From: Octopus sinensis
Taxonomy: Eukaryota
DNA length: 64,000 bases
NCBI RefSeq assembly: GCF_006345805.1
Contig: NC_042999.1
Span: 130,696,001 to 130,760,000 of the forward strand
Direction: 5' to 3'
Shown: in pieces, positions 47,898 to 60,859 of the stretch
How positions within the stretch are numbered: the first letter of the stretch is position 1
How the letters are laid out: every line of letters begins with the position of its first letter
Made by a program: the position numbers and the translations under genes
The notes under the pieces: model-generated
What the model was told of the DNA's origin: nothing
Databases searched by the model: none
Seen by the model: only the letters and a program-made list of their open reading frames with translations

Positions 47898-48470
47898 AAC
47901 ATTATTGGTGAATTGAAGAAATGGAGCTGAACGCAGATTGAACAGAATTGTTTTATTTCATTCTACACGTGTTTCGAAAGGCACAAATTACCAAAATCCG
48001 ATTGAATAATGGGACCATATTGTGTCTTTCTCTTCAGGAGAAAATAGGAAATCCGTTGGAAAAACAAAAACAGAACAGAGGCAGAGCAAACAAATCGAAC
48101 TATGCTCCTAAGAGCCCATGGCGAAACTGTTTATCAGTGTATGTTGAGAATCGGTGGCTGAAGATTCAACGGGTCAGGCATCGGTCAATCATGACCCGTT
48201 TGAATTCTTCAGCCACCGGTTCTCAACATACACTGATAAACAGTTTCGCCATGGGCTCTTAGGAGCATAGTTCGATTTGTTTTTGCCTGCCTCTGTTCTG
48301 TTTTTGTTTTTCCAACGGATTTCCTATTTTCTTCCTGAGAGAAAGACACAATATGGTCCATTATTCAATCGGATTTTGGTAATTTGTGCCTTTCGAAACA
48401 CGTGTAGAATGAAATAAAACGATTTCTGTTCATCTGCGTTCAGCTCCATTTCTTCAATTCACCAATAATG

Positions 48471-48472
<2 letters not shown>
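47898..48472. repeat. Long near-perfect inverted repeat (~280-bp arms, 15-nt spacer)
   Basis: 47898-48176 is the reverse complement of 48192-48472, apart from about 10 one- or two-base indels and about 2 substitutions. Confidence 0.95.
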
Positions 48473-48521
<49 letters not shown>

Positions 48522-49314
48522 TGTATATATATATACTCTTCAGTGAGGTCCATTAAGTAACTCACCATAAAACAGTTTTCTACTTGGTTAAATAAAATTT
48601 ACTTTTAACGTTTTCAGCTCCATGCATAATGAAACCAAGAAAATTACAATAAATCCTTTGATACCCACCTTTTTTTAGTAGACCGCACAAAGAATTTATA
48701 TTTACAAGAACTGTGTGACTGTATTTGTGCTTCTATTTTAGTTTTCAGACTAAAGCTGCGTTAGTCACAACAATAATACAACATTTCGACAACATAAATG
48801 AAAAAAAAAAATAAAGCTTTGTAAAACAATAGTTATTGACATACTATTGATATTTGGAAAAATAACTCAATATTAATTAATCTATGATTATCAAAAAGGC
48901 AGATGTTAGCTACAGGTTCTGTTTTATATCTTGGTCAGCAAGTTGTTGACCAAAGAGACCGAGCAGCTCGACTACTAACCAGTCAGATGTATTTCCGTAA
49001 ATAAGTTGCGAGACGTAATATGTACACAATAGGCGCCTTTTGGTGAGAGCTCAGCTATATATATACATTTCTCCCTCTCTCTTTCTTTATCTACCTCTCT
49101 CTTTTTCTATATCCTCCACCTCTCTTTCTCTATTTCCTTCTCTGTTTATCTATTCCCCTCTATCTTTCTCGTATTTACTCTCTTTTCATATATTATATAT
49201 TTGCTACATATGCATATCTAGTCTTATGAGGTGAAACACAATCCTTCCGGCGATTTTCTCCTAGTTTACGTAACATATTGTGTTCGCGCGCGCACGTTTG
49301 TGCCTAGGTATGTA

Positions 49315-49352
<38 letters not shown>

Positions 49353-49400
49353 GTGTGTGTGTGTGTGTGGTGTGTGTGGTGTGTGTGTGTGTGTGTGTGT

Positions 49401-49432
<32 letters not shown>

Positions 49433-49640
49433 TGGGTGTAGGACTATGTTGTCCAAAGTGTCCTTGATTATAGTCGGTAGGATGTGATCTGGTTCCTAAT
49501 AAGTAATAAGTCGAGCGACCGCGTAGAGGCTTTCAATCGTTGGTTCGAAGTAAACTTGGTTGTTTAGCCTCAACTCAGCTCTGGCCGAACAAACTCATGA
49601 TGAACCATATTTACCACGTCTTTTGGTGTATCTGGAATTA

Positions 49641-50505
49641 CGAGTACCCGGACTAGTTATGTTTTAAAAAAATAATAACTCATTTACCTAAGTTTTAACA
49701 TCATCTCCTTCAAAATAATCACCTTGCGCAGCCTTCCTGTCACTTTTGGAATCCGGCCTGGAAGTGTTTTCCCTAAGCGAGTCGAAGACCTTCTGCGATT
49801 CGCTCTTGACTTGACAACATTGTTAAAACGGCAACCGTTGAACTGCATTTTTATCTTGGGGAAGAGATGGAAGTCCACAGGTGCTAAATCTGGCGAATAG
49901 GGTGGGTGCGGAAGCGGTACCATGTTGTTTTTGGCGAGAAACTCACGAGTAACGAGAGCTTGGTGACAGGGTGCATTGTTGTCGCGAAGAATCTAATTCT
50001 TCACACTCCACAGATCCGGTCGCTTTCGCCAAATGTCCTCCCTTAAACACTTCAAAACGTTGCAGTAGAATTCTTGATCGGCCATCTGGCCCTGGGGACG
50101 AATACACAATACCGCGGATGTCGAAAAATAAAACGACGAGCCTGATTTTGATTGAGCTGCGACTCTGTCATGTACCCGTGCCACCCAAAACATTGCGTAC
50201 AACCTCGTCGCTGTAAGCTTGCCGAAGTATGCTCAATGTCACTGTAGCACACTTCCAAAGTTTAACGTACAATTTCACGTTGGTTCTTTGTTCCAGCTTT
50301 CTGTCTATGACAAAAATCGCAGACTATAGCATACATGTGGTCACAAAAACATAAATTTCACAACTTGTGAAGTAAACACGGCGATTCCACTCGGCACACA
50401 CTGCCTCATGAAGGTCACTGCTAGCTCTCACTGCACATGCAACCGTGTGCTACCATCTGTTGGCGCGCCATAGAACCAGTTCGGAAACTTTTTGATACTA
50501 CCTCG
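49641..50505 (-). mobile_element. mariner element, deleted, with catalytic-domain remnants
   Basis: TIR AGTTCGGAAACTTTTTGATACTACCTCG at 50478-50505. Minus-strand EFYCNVLKCLREDIWRKRPDLW and LPHPPYSPDLAPVDFHLFPKIK (mariner YSPDL motif). Confidence 0.92.
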
Positions 50506-50736
50506 TTTATTGTCCAATATATTCTTTACTCAAGACGCCAGGATGTGATCTGAAGACGAATTTGGTTATTTTTTCTTGGAAGTTGAACGACATACAAGTT
50601 TCATGTTAAACTCCCAAGAGTGGCCGACCTACATTGACGTCACTTCGTACAAGGGAAAATGTTGGCAGCGATACAGCAGACAAACCTGATGATACTCTCT
50701 TTTGCACTGTTAGAAAACAACTCTTTCTTTCTTTCT

Positions 50737-50781
<45 letters not shown>

Positions 50782-51390
50782 TTTAACAGAGGTGTATGAG
50801 GCGGTGTAAGGTATGAGTTGCTTCTGTTTCATTATCTCAATGAAAATGTTATTGTAAGAGACGGTGTGAGGTAATAGTTACTTTGGGAGAGTGTGATAGG
50901 TGAAGAGAGAAAGTACTGGCAGTATTTCAGTGACATGTATAGATATACTTACATAAACTCCATTATGATAATCATACGCATGCCCAGTTTTTGCGAAGTA
51001 TATTTACACACAAGCACTAACACACACTCATGCACACGTGAACACACAAATTTCCGAAAAAAAGAAGAACAGTATAATGTAATAATTACTTTAAAGAATG
51101 TGACAGTTAGCGAGAGGAACGTCATACTGTGTGCTTCAGTTACATACGTAGACATATAAATATATATAAACTCCATTTTATAAGCATATTTAACATTATA
51201 TTTCTAAAAATTAGTCAGGCAGTCAACCATGTAGTTAAGTATTTATCGGTGTACTTTACATTCTCTATATATACGCAAATTCACAGGTCTTTTAGATGGA
51301 TTTAGACAGAAAAATAAAATTTGATTGCTTATATAAAACTAAGATGTAGTCTTTAGTGGAAGATATGAAAATTTTTTGTATGTTATTTAT

Positions 51391-51616
51391 ATTGGTTTCA
51401 AATTTTGGTACATGGCCATCAATTTGGCGGGAGGGGTAAGTCGATTACATCGACCCCAGTGTTCAACTGGTACTTATTTTATTGACTTTATTGACTCCGG
51501 AAAGATGAAAGGCAAAGTCGACCCCGGCAGAATTTGAACTCAGAACGCAAAGACGGACGAAATGCCGCTAAGTATTTTTTGCCTGGTGTGCTAACGATTG
51601 TTCCTGTTCGCCGCTC
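51391..51616 (-). mobile_element. SINE family A, full length
   Basis: Core and head on the minus strand; TSD TGTTATTTAT at 51381-51390 and 51617-51626. Confidence 0.87.
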
Positions 51617-52603
51617 TGTTATTTATGTTACAAACAAAAAGTGGCTCAAATTGACAGCAGTCAAGTTGCTTACATTACAACAAATCAGCTCATTTTAGAT
51701 ACGCTATATTCAAACGTTATATTCAAATGAATAACAAATATTTTTGGGGAAACAAATATAAACTAAAAGTAGCTAAGGAATGGATATGGTTTTAACTAAT
51801 TCGTGAAATTCTTGAAAAACGTTTTGCATGTTGAAAGCGTACAATGAAGATCGGTTTCCACTTCATGCTTATTTTGGAAATTATCATATAACATGGCGTC
51901 AGCAACAATGGTGTAAACTGCTCTTATCTTAGAAGTAGATTAATGATTGCTTTGTTTTGACAAAATCTGTATCCTCTGATGTATTGGAAACGCTAATTAA
52001 TATAGCTACTGATACTGTGAATAGCCGCCGAGCTGAATATAAATTCGGTGTATGTAATTGAAATTGTATAAAATAGTCACGTATTATATATATATATATA
52101 TATCCATATATTGGTGGGGCGGTAAAAGAATGTGTGTGTATGTGTGTATACATACATATATATAAATGCATAGTCAGACGAGTGGTCATTTCTGGATGTA
52201 ATTTTGAATTTCTATTTCTGCAGCCGCCGCATCATCCCATGTGAGTAAGCAATACCCATTGCCGGCCTCACCTCAGCGTTGTGGAGTATAGCGGCTAAAG
52301 GATATACAATGAATAAATCAATTTAGCTGATATACGAATAGAATTTAACGCAGTGACGATTGTATGTTATACTATTCAAGCGTCAAACCGTTTTGTGTGT
52401 GTGTGTGTATTTTGTTTGTTTGTCTCATTTTCTCGGGATAATTTTGTGTAAGTAGCATCGACTGTCTTACCTGAAACGATTGTTTTTGTATTGTCTTGTT
52501 CGTAATCGGTATATTCCGCCAATATGTTTGTTTGATACGTTGACCTCAACTATGCACACGATGAAAGTTTTATAATGAACGTGTGTGTTTCTGTCTGTGT
52601 ATG

Positions 52604-52673
<70 letters not shown>

Positions 52674-52899
52674 CCGAATACAGGCGATTAAATAGCGTCA
52701 CTTCTGTATTTACTTAAGTGACGTTTTGATTCAATTTATTAAACTGATTAGCAAGTATACCCGTCCATCTACGATTGAGACATAAAATGAAGGAGGGAAG
52801 TCATAACAGCAGTATGTATTGAGAAACATGTAAATGGACTTGATAGATTACTGGTTGATGTCTTTGAGAAATTACATTCTTGTTGGTGATACAGCATTC

Positions 52900-53091
52900 C
52901 ATTGAAGTTATATGACATGTACTTGCGACTAAGTGACATGTGATGATGATTCACTCCCGAATTGAAATAGGCTCATGAATGGTTATGTGGATCACTTCTA
53001 ACGAAAGCTAGATCTTCCTTTGACTACTACATAAAAAGTAGAAGAGAGTACAGACAGACAGACGGACATAACACCCATTATAGTAAGAAGA
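52900..53091 (-). mobile_element. DINE/HINE-like Helitron-type repeat, 5' portion
   Basis: The minus strand starts A|TCTTCTTACTATAATGGGTGTTATGTCCGTCTGTCTGTCTGT; left boundary uncertain. Confidence 0.45.
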
Positions 53092-54103
53092 TATTAAAGT
53101 CAGTGAATAGCCTCGTTACTATGTTCTCAGACTCTTGTTGGCCGTTATATATACATACCTCTGTTATATATGTTCAGATTAGTTTTGTGTGCAGAAATTC
53201 ACTTGAGATGTATCTGTAGTGGGATAAGCACTGATTGTACTGTTTTGGCGTGTTCTTGTTTGAAATAATATATATTCTGCTGTTATACCTTGTCCAATAA
53301 GTCGATCTCATCGATGCACATGAAAATGGCCAATTCAATTATATATCATTTCAGTCATAAATTTTTTATGTGCTTGACGCAAATTATAATTAAAACATAT
53401 ATGTGACATTGTTTAAAGTAATTATGATAAAACTATAAACGACAGAAACTATTGCATGTTTTATTTATTTTTTCATCCATTCTCATCATACTGTTAAATG
53501 ATAAACTATTTATCTATCTTTTTGCCATGAAGGCACCGGGAATGACGAAGATGCATTCTAAAATACATTAGCCAGGACACACACAGGCTGACGTGTGTAT
53601 GCGCGTTCGTGTGTATCTTTGTGTGTGTGTGTGTTGTGTGTGTGTGTGTATTTGTCACGTGTGAATAAATAGATAACTATTGCCGCCTTTTTACACTATT
53701 ACTGTTGTTTATCATCATCATGCAAGCTGTAAGTTATATTTTTATAGTTAATCTTTTATCATAGTTTATCTTTTTATAAAGTACAACAGCAGTTTGTTCT
53801 CGATAAACCAGCCCATGACTCTGTTAGAGGCCTCTCGTTTATTTATTTGTTTATTTATTTACTTATTTATTCATTTATTTAATTATATATTTATCGTTAT
53901 TAAGGTCTGGATCATGATGGTTGAGTACTAACATTGTTATGAAGAGTTGCATTGGTTTCTGTTTCTGAAATGGAAGTAGTCATGATGGATTGTAAATTGT
54001 CATGAGTCCACGCATATGCAGGGACTTTTAGGGTATTAACCGTGTATTGTAAATGTTTACTGATGATATGATGCAATACTGTTTCTTTGATGTGATTCTG
54101 TAG

Positions 54104-54468
54104 CTGAACATGACTTTGTTATCATGACTCCATTTGTAGATGTTTTTGTAATCTTTTCATAAAGGATGTGCATGTCTTTCATATGAAGTGTTTTGGCTAT
54201 GCATAAATGATGCCTATCTGCAGGAGATTAAGGAGTTAGATGAGAATATTATCGGCAAGACCTTATTATATTCAGACTTTATCTTATTTTTGCACCGTAT
54301 CCCAATCACTTTTCCAAAAACAGACGTCAGAGCTATCATCACGCAACTCACACATATCTTGTTCAATATTCGATTCCCAAATAATGAAGAATTTGTTTTC
54401 ACATGGGACTATGAGTTGCTACTTCCAAGCCAGGTGCATTATTTACAAGCGGCAGCTAACGTTTTTCT
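54104..54468 (+). other. Unassigned protein-like reading frame (candidate exon or decayed coding fragment)
   Basis: Stop-free from 54152 to 54469, non-repetitive. Acceptor-like TTCTGTAG at 54096-54103 and GTAAAT at 54469. One T too many in a T-run near 54155 separates 16 further codons. No family recognised. Confidence 0.3.
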
Positions 54469-54856
54469 GTAAATATAGACGTTTACATTTTTTACCTCGT
54501 ATACTGAAGTAGAATGTTTTGATTGAATAAAACGATTGATTCTAAGCAACTGTTCCTTGTCACAACAATTCATTTTCCTACAAAACAAAAATTTAACAAT
54601 AAAAGTGAACACATTTCTTCAGCGCTCCATCAGTTACTACTACAGAGTGAGTACACTGGAAAACTACATTCCTAAATTTTCTCACTGAATTCTCAGACAC
54701 AACTGAACTAAAATGATTCACATTGCCTACGAACTTCATCACACTTTCAGTCTGCAGCCATTCTGCAGTTTGCCTCAACTACAATATTGTATCTTCATTA
54801 AACAGCAGAATGTATATATGTATGCCTGTGTGTATGTGTGTGTGTTTGTGCACGTG

Positions 54857-54935
<79 letters not shown>

Positions 54936-55039
54936 GTCTGTGTGCGTGCGTGCGTGCATTTTATAAATTACAATAAATTCTAATTACTGAAGCGGAAAAC
55001 CAACCAAGTGAAGAATCTTTTTGCCACAATTCTACGCCG

Positions 55040-55500
55040 GACTCTGCGAATAATTGATGACGAATATATCAAGAGAAAAGTTTTATAGAATCATTAATTT
55101 CAGGAATCTTTTCTGACTAAATTCAATAAAGACTCATTGAAAATTCGTTGAAACCGTCAATGCTGTCTGAAATTGCAACATGAATAGAGGCCATCTCCCT
55201 TAGTAATGAGCAACTACTTCTGTCTCGGACAAATCAATCTATAGGCGTATTTTTAGTTAGACCTACGATGACTGCTCTGTTGTTGTAAATAAAAAGACAT
55301 GAAACTTGCTACAACTGCAAAAGGGCTGGTCGTTTTTCACAAGCATGTCGATCAAAAAGAAACATAATGTCAGCATCTACAATACTTGCTACAGCAAAAG
55401 CACATCAAGGAAACTTCATTCAAAATGCTAGAGGAGTATATGTGAGTAGCCAAAATATTGAGGCTTTACACGATTTGGGTATAGATGATGTTAGCTAGAA
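55040..55500 (+). mobile_element. Gypsy-type gag-protease remnant
   Basis: ESLISGIFSD*IQ*RLIEN (gag core), TCYNCKRAGRFSQACRSK (CX2CX4HX4C knuckle with H>R), then VYVSSQNIEALHDLG (protease-like); many stops. Confidence 0.75.
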
Positions 55501-56234
55501 TCTCTTACTAGCAACATCTCAACAGCGTCTTCAATTTATCCTGGAAACTCAATCTAGGTAGATTGTTTCTTGATATTTCTGTATTTCAAACATCTTATGT
55601 GTATGTGCTGTACTAAAAACAAAACAGGCAGTAAATGTTGAGACTTACAACAAGCGGGTGCACAAAATACTGAAGACTTCTTAGCTAAGAAATGACAGTA
55701 AGAAGAATTCTCTAAAAATTGGTGGAGATTCTTTTAGTAATGGACTAAACAGCCCGGTTGAAATTTGAGATGCGAAAGTGCTTATAAGCTGTCTATGAAG
55801 GCACCTTTTTCTTAACTGTAATATGAAATATCTCACAAGTTTGCATTTGTTTGCACGCGTCATATCTACATCTGTCAGCTAGAATTTGATTATGATTTTT
55901 CGTAATCATATGTGACTAGGGTGTTGTGCGCCAATATCTGGTGTTTCTTCCTGTCAAATCCGTTTAATATGGGTTGTTAGGTTAGATAATACTGTAGTTA
56001 TTGCGTGGAAAATGCTAGAATCGGTATATCATTTTGGGTGGTGAAAAGAAAGAGGGACTCACAAAATGCCTAATCGGATTATCGGATGCTGGTTCAGTGG
56101 ATATTTGTATAGTCAGAATTTAAATTTGTTGTACACATCAAATAGACTTGATATGAAACAGTATTTAACATTATTGGTTTGAATGGTTGAGTATAACTAT
56201 TTGGAATTTCTTGAACTTCTTGGTACTTTATGTG

Positions 56235-56840
56235 TTTGAATGACCAAATTTGGAACTTGGGAAAAGTCTTGCATATTTTCACTGTTCCACTCACAGACTG
56301 CACTTGAAATGTACGAATTAGCCGGTTGATTTCTTTTTCTGATAATCCCAGTTTATCCAGATTCTCCTTTAAGCATTCTGATAATCCCAGTTTATCCAGA
56401 TTCTTCTTTAAGCATTTACTAAGAAAATCTAGTGCTCCAATTATTATTGGTATGAATTTGAATTCATAGTCCAGAAATAGAAGCTGGAGGTTTCGAAGCA
56501 GTTGTCCATAGACATCCCCTTTTCCAAGAGATATTTATATCTGCAGGGCAGCTGACCTCTATGACGGTACATGTCTTTGCCCCTCTGTCCCAAACAACAA
56601 TATCCGGTCTGTTATGTTTACATTTGACAGAAGTGTTGATGGGAATATTCCACCAGTATTCCTTGAGTTGGTGTTTATGAATGAATTCCATAGCAGAGGG
56701 ATTTTCTAAGTTTATTTCAGGACACTCTTTTTTGCAGATGGCATTGTAAATTATTTTAGCCACATCGTGCCACATAGGGAGGTGGTACCGCGACGACGTT
56801 TAGGACAGCTGCTAACCACATGCGTGATGTCTTCCACAGA
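56235..56840 (-). mobile_element. R4/Dong/NeSL-type non-LTR retrotransposon: zinc knuckle remnant plus restriction-like endonuclease
   Basis: EDITHVVSSCP..HDVAKIIYNAI..EYWWNIPINTSVKCKHNRPDIVVWD..CTVIEVSCPADINI..FIPIIIGAL..SGTVKICKTF (RHD / PD..D-E pattern). Confidence 0.88.
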
Positions 56841-56905
56841 AACATATGTATGTGTATGTATGTATGTATTTATATATGTATGTACGTACATGCGTATGTA
56901 TGTAT

Positions 56906-57109
56906 TCTTTTACTTGTTTCAGTCATTTGACTGTGGCCATGCTGGAGCACCGCCTTTAGTCGAGCAAATCGATCCCAGGGCTTATTCTTTGTAAGCCTAG
57001 TACTTATTCTATCGGTCTCTTTTGCCGAACCGCTAAGTTACGGGGACGTAAACACACCGGCACCGGTTGTCAAGCGATGTTGGGGGGGGGGCAAACATAC
57101 ACACACACG

Positions 57110-57141
<32 letters not shown>

Positions 57142-57302
57142 CATATATACGACGGGCTTCTTTCAGTTTCCGTCTACCAAATCCACTCACAAGGCCCGAG
57201 TCTATAGTAGAAGACACTTGCCATGGTGCCACGCAGTGGGACTGAACCTGGAACCATGTGGTTCGTAAGCAATCTACATACCACATAGCCACTCCTACGC
57301 CT
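56906..57302 (-). mobile_element. SINE family B, full length
   Basis: TCTTTTACTTGTTTCAGTCATTTGACTGTGGCC..GGTGCCACGCAGTGGGACTGAACC..CCACATAGCCACTCCT. Confidence 0.9.
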
Positions 57303-57704
57303 ATGTATGCATGTATGCATGTATGCATTTATGTAAGTTAACTGTCTCTGTATGGTTTCTTGAATGGTTACTATGTTCCGTCTTTGTAATTGTTTTAGTT
57401 TCAACACATGATCTCTGATCAAATCACTTGCTTGGCGAGCACACCTCCGAAATTTACTGTTTATATTCTTGTTCCTGTTGATGAGGGTTTTTACTTCATA
57501 TCGTGTTCAGCTCTGCCCCACCATCTTCTTCACTAACACCTCCAACGTCTTCTCCACCGTAGTATTCACCATTTCCGCTGCCGTGTCTCCTCTACCACCT
57601 CTTCCTCATCAATAATTTCAACCAGTTAGCAAAGAAGGATGTTAAAGAAGATTCAAGAGACTTTACTAAGTACGTCTTTCCCCTTAACCAGCTCCTTAAG
57701 ACGT

Positions 57705-58078
57705 GATGTGCATGTATGTATGTGTGCATGCATGTATGCGTGTATGTATATATGCCTGTATGTATGTATGTATGTATGTATGTATGTATGTATGTATGTA
57801 TGTATGTATATATGCCTGTATGTATGTATGGATGTATGTATGTATGTATGTATGTAAATATATATGTATGCATGTATATATGTATGTATATATGGATGTG
57901 TGCATGTACGTGTATGTATGTATGTATGTATGTATGTATGCATGTACGCATGTGTTTGTATATATCTGTGTATATATATATTTGCATGTATGTATGTGTG
58001 TGTATGTATGTATGTATGTATGTATGTATGTATGTATGTATGTGTGTGTGTGTGTGTATGTGTGTGTGTGTGTTTGTT

Positions 58079-58127
<49 letters not shown>

Positions 58128-58145
58128 TGTGTGTGTGTGTGTGTG
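57705..58145. repeat. Long compound (GTAT)n/(GT)n microsatellite
   Basis: Direct reading; source of the YVCM/HTYI ORFs. Confidence 0.95.
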
Positions 58146-58570
58146 TGGAAGTATCGTATGTATACGTCTGAAGGTGGGATTGGCTCGAAAGACAATGAAA
58201 ATACGTAAGTGACTAAGATCTGCAATATATAAAAGCTTCCCGTAAGACGAGGATCGCCGATTTGCTAGCAGATCCTAGAGACGACGGCTAGCGCTGCTGC
58301 TGCTACTGCCACTGTCATCCACTGCTAACAGCTGATGATAAACATTTGTTTGAACAATGGTCTGGACTGGCTTTATCGTACTTCTTGTTAAATGTTAACC
58401 TAGATAGCCAGCTTTAGTGTGGTTAAAAAAAAGCGAAAACAAAAACCCTTAACCAAGGGATACATTCTAAGGTAAGTGAATGAAGCTTTTTTATGCGACA
58501 AATGTGCAATTATGTACATCGTACTGTACATGTGAATAGGTGTACAAGAGTGCATATATATATATATATA

Positions 58571-58657
<87 letters not shown>

Positions 58658-58907
58658 TTATATATATATATATGTATGTATGTATATATTTATATATTTA
58701 TATTTATATTTATGTATACATACATACATACATACACAAATATATGTGTGTGTGTATGTATGTATGTGTGTGTGTATGTGTGTGTGTGTGTGTCTTGTTT
58801 TCCATGTTTCTCTCGTTCTTTACGTATTTTCGTAATTCATGTTGTTTATGTTTTGTGACGTCCTGTACCCATATATGCATATGCATGTACATATGTGTGT
58901 GTATATA

Positions 58908-58979
<72 letters not shown>

Positions 58980-58980
58980 C

Positions 58981-59400
58981 TTTCCTTTATTCCTTTACTT
59001 GTTTCAGTCATTTGACTGCGGACGTGCTGGGGTACCGCCTTTAGTCGAGCAAATCGATCCCTGGAGTTCTTCTTTGTAAGCCTTGTACTTATTCTATCGG
59101 TCTCTTTTGGCGAACCGTTAAGTTACGGGGATGTAAACACACCAGCATCGATTGTCGAGCAATGTTAGGGAAACAAACACAGACACAAACTCACACACAC
59201 ACATACACATACACACTTGCGCGCGCACACACACACACACACACATATATATAAATATAAATACGATGGGCTTCTTTCAGTTTCCGTCTACCAAGTCCAC
59301 TCACAGGGCTTTGGGTCGGCCCGAGATTATAGCAGAAGACACACACGCAGTGAGACTAAACCCGGAACCATGTGGTTGGTAAGCAACCACCTGCGCCTAT
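58981..59400 (-). mobile_element. SINE family B
   Basis: TTTACTTGTTTCAGTCATTTGACTGCGG..GGGCTTCTTTCAGTTTCCGTCTACC..CCCGGAACCATGTGGTTGGTAAGC. Confidence 0.88.
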
Positions 59401-59662
59401 TATTGATATGCACACACACACGCACGCACGCACACACACACACACACACACACATACACACACACACACATATATATATATTATTTATGTTATGTATATA
59501 TATATATAATATACATATGTACGAGAAGACAAGCGAAAGAGGCACTCAACATATTTAATAGGAGTTATATATATATTTATATATATATATATATATTATA
59601 TATATATATATATATTATTATTATTATTATTATTATTATTGATGATGATGATGATGATGATT

Positions 59663-59716
<54 letters not shown>

Positions 59717-59719
59717 GTC

Positions 59720-59860
59720 AACGACTATTGAAGAGGTTGCAAGACGCAACAAAAATTTTAGAAAAAAATCAATAAGCAAATCAGTGGAAATCGAACCGGT
59801 GTGTGAAGTAATAAGGCACTAAACGAGAATGACTCTCCCCAGACACAATAAAATAATATC
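59720..59860 (+). mobile_element. Penelope-like/unknown repeat end (same family as 21875-22015)
   Basis: GACTATTGAAGAGGTTGCAAGACGCAACAAAAATTTTAG..GTGGAAAT..ATAAGGCAC..AATGACTCTCCCCAGACACAA. Confidence 0.55.
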
Positions 59861-59995
59861 ATTATTATTGTTATTTAAAACCGTTTGATTCGGTCCTATG
59901 TAACTTGAAGTTTCGTGGGCTCGTTAAAAGATCCTAGCACATCACGTGAACCCCGGGACCTACGTCGCATGGGTGACTCAAACCGTTTTAAATAA

Positions 59996-60026
<31 letters not shown>

Positions 60027-60395
60027 CATACATACATACATACATACATACATACGTACGTACATACATGCATACATACATACATACATACATACATACA
60101 TACATACATACATACATACGTAGTACGTACATACATACATACATACATACATACGTACGTACGTACGTACGTACGTACGTACGTACATACATACATACAT
60201 ACATACATACATACATACATACATACATACATACATACATACATACATACATGCATACATACGTACGTACGTACGTACGTACATGCATGCATACATACAT
60301 ACATACATACATACATACATACATACATACATACATACATACATACATACATACGTACATACGTACATACGTACGTACGTACGTGCGTGCGTGCG
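59996..60395. repeat. (TACA)n/(TACG)n compound tetranucleotide array
   Basis: Direct reading. Confidence 0.95.
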
Positions 60396-60822
60396 TGTGT
60401 CTTTTGAACAATTAATTTGTTGGGGTTTTTTTTCTTCTCAACAGAATACAACTGATAAAGCTGCCTTGTTTAACTCTTAAAAGCTGCTAGGCTTTTGTGA
60501 TAACATTACTGCCCAATGCGTGCGTGTATTTACATATGCCCGTATATTATTGTGCTAAACTACTATTCACACGCTATCGATTTTTTTTTTCTGATTTGCA
60601 CATACACTCTCAATAATATTACTTCACAAGTGTGAAGCATTATTAATGAGAGTATAATGTGCTCCGAACTCATAGTGCTTTCCTGATTTCATTCTTTTTA
60701 ATTCTCCGTAACACTTCTCGCGTGGATATTACTCACTCGTAGTGTTTATTAGCTTGTTTGTTTATGTGTCTGTACACAAACATATGCGCACACAACATAT
60801 ATAATATATTATAAGTAAATAA

Positions 60823-60857
<35 letters not shown>

Positions 60858-60859
<2 letters not shown>

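Noticed and set aside
52780-52930. Short protein-like frame (LDRLLVDVFEKLHSCW*)
   Set aside because: Interrupted by stops and adjacent to or inside a Helitron-type repeat.
59996-60395. CpG-rich (TACG)n blocks as a regulatory element
   Set aside because: Explained by a point variant spreading by slippage within a (TACA)n array.
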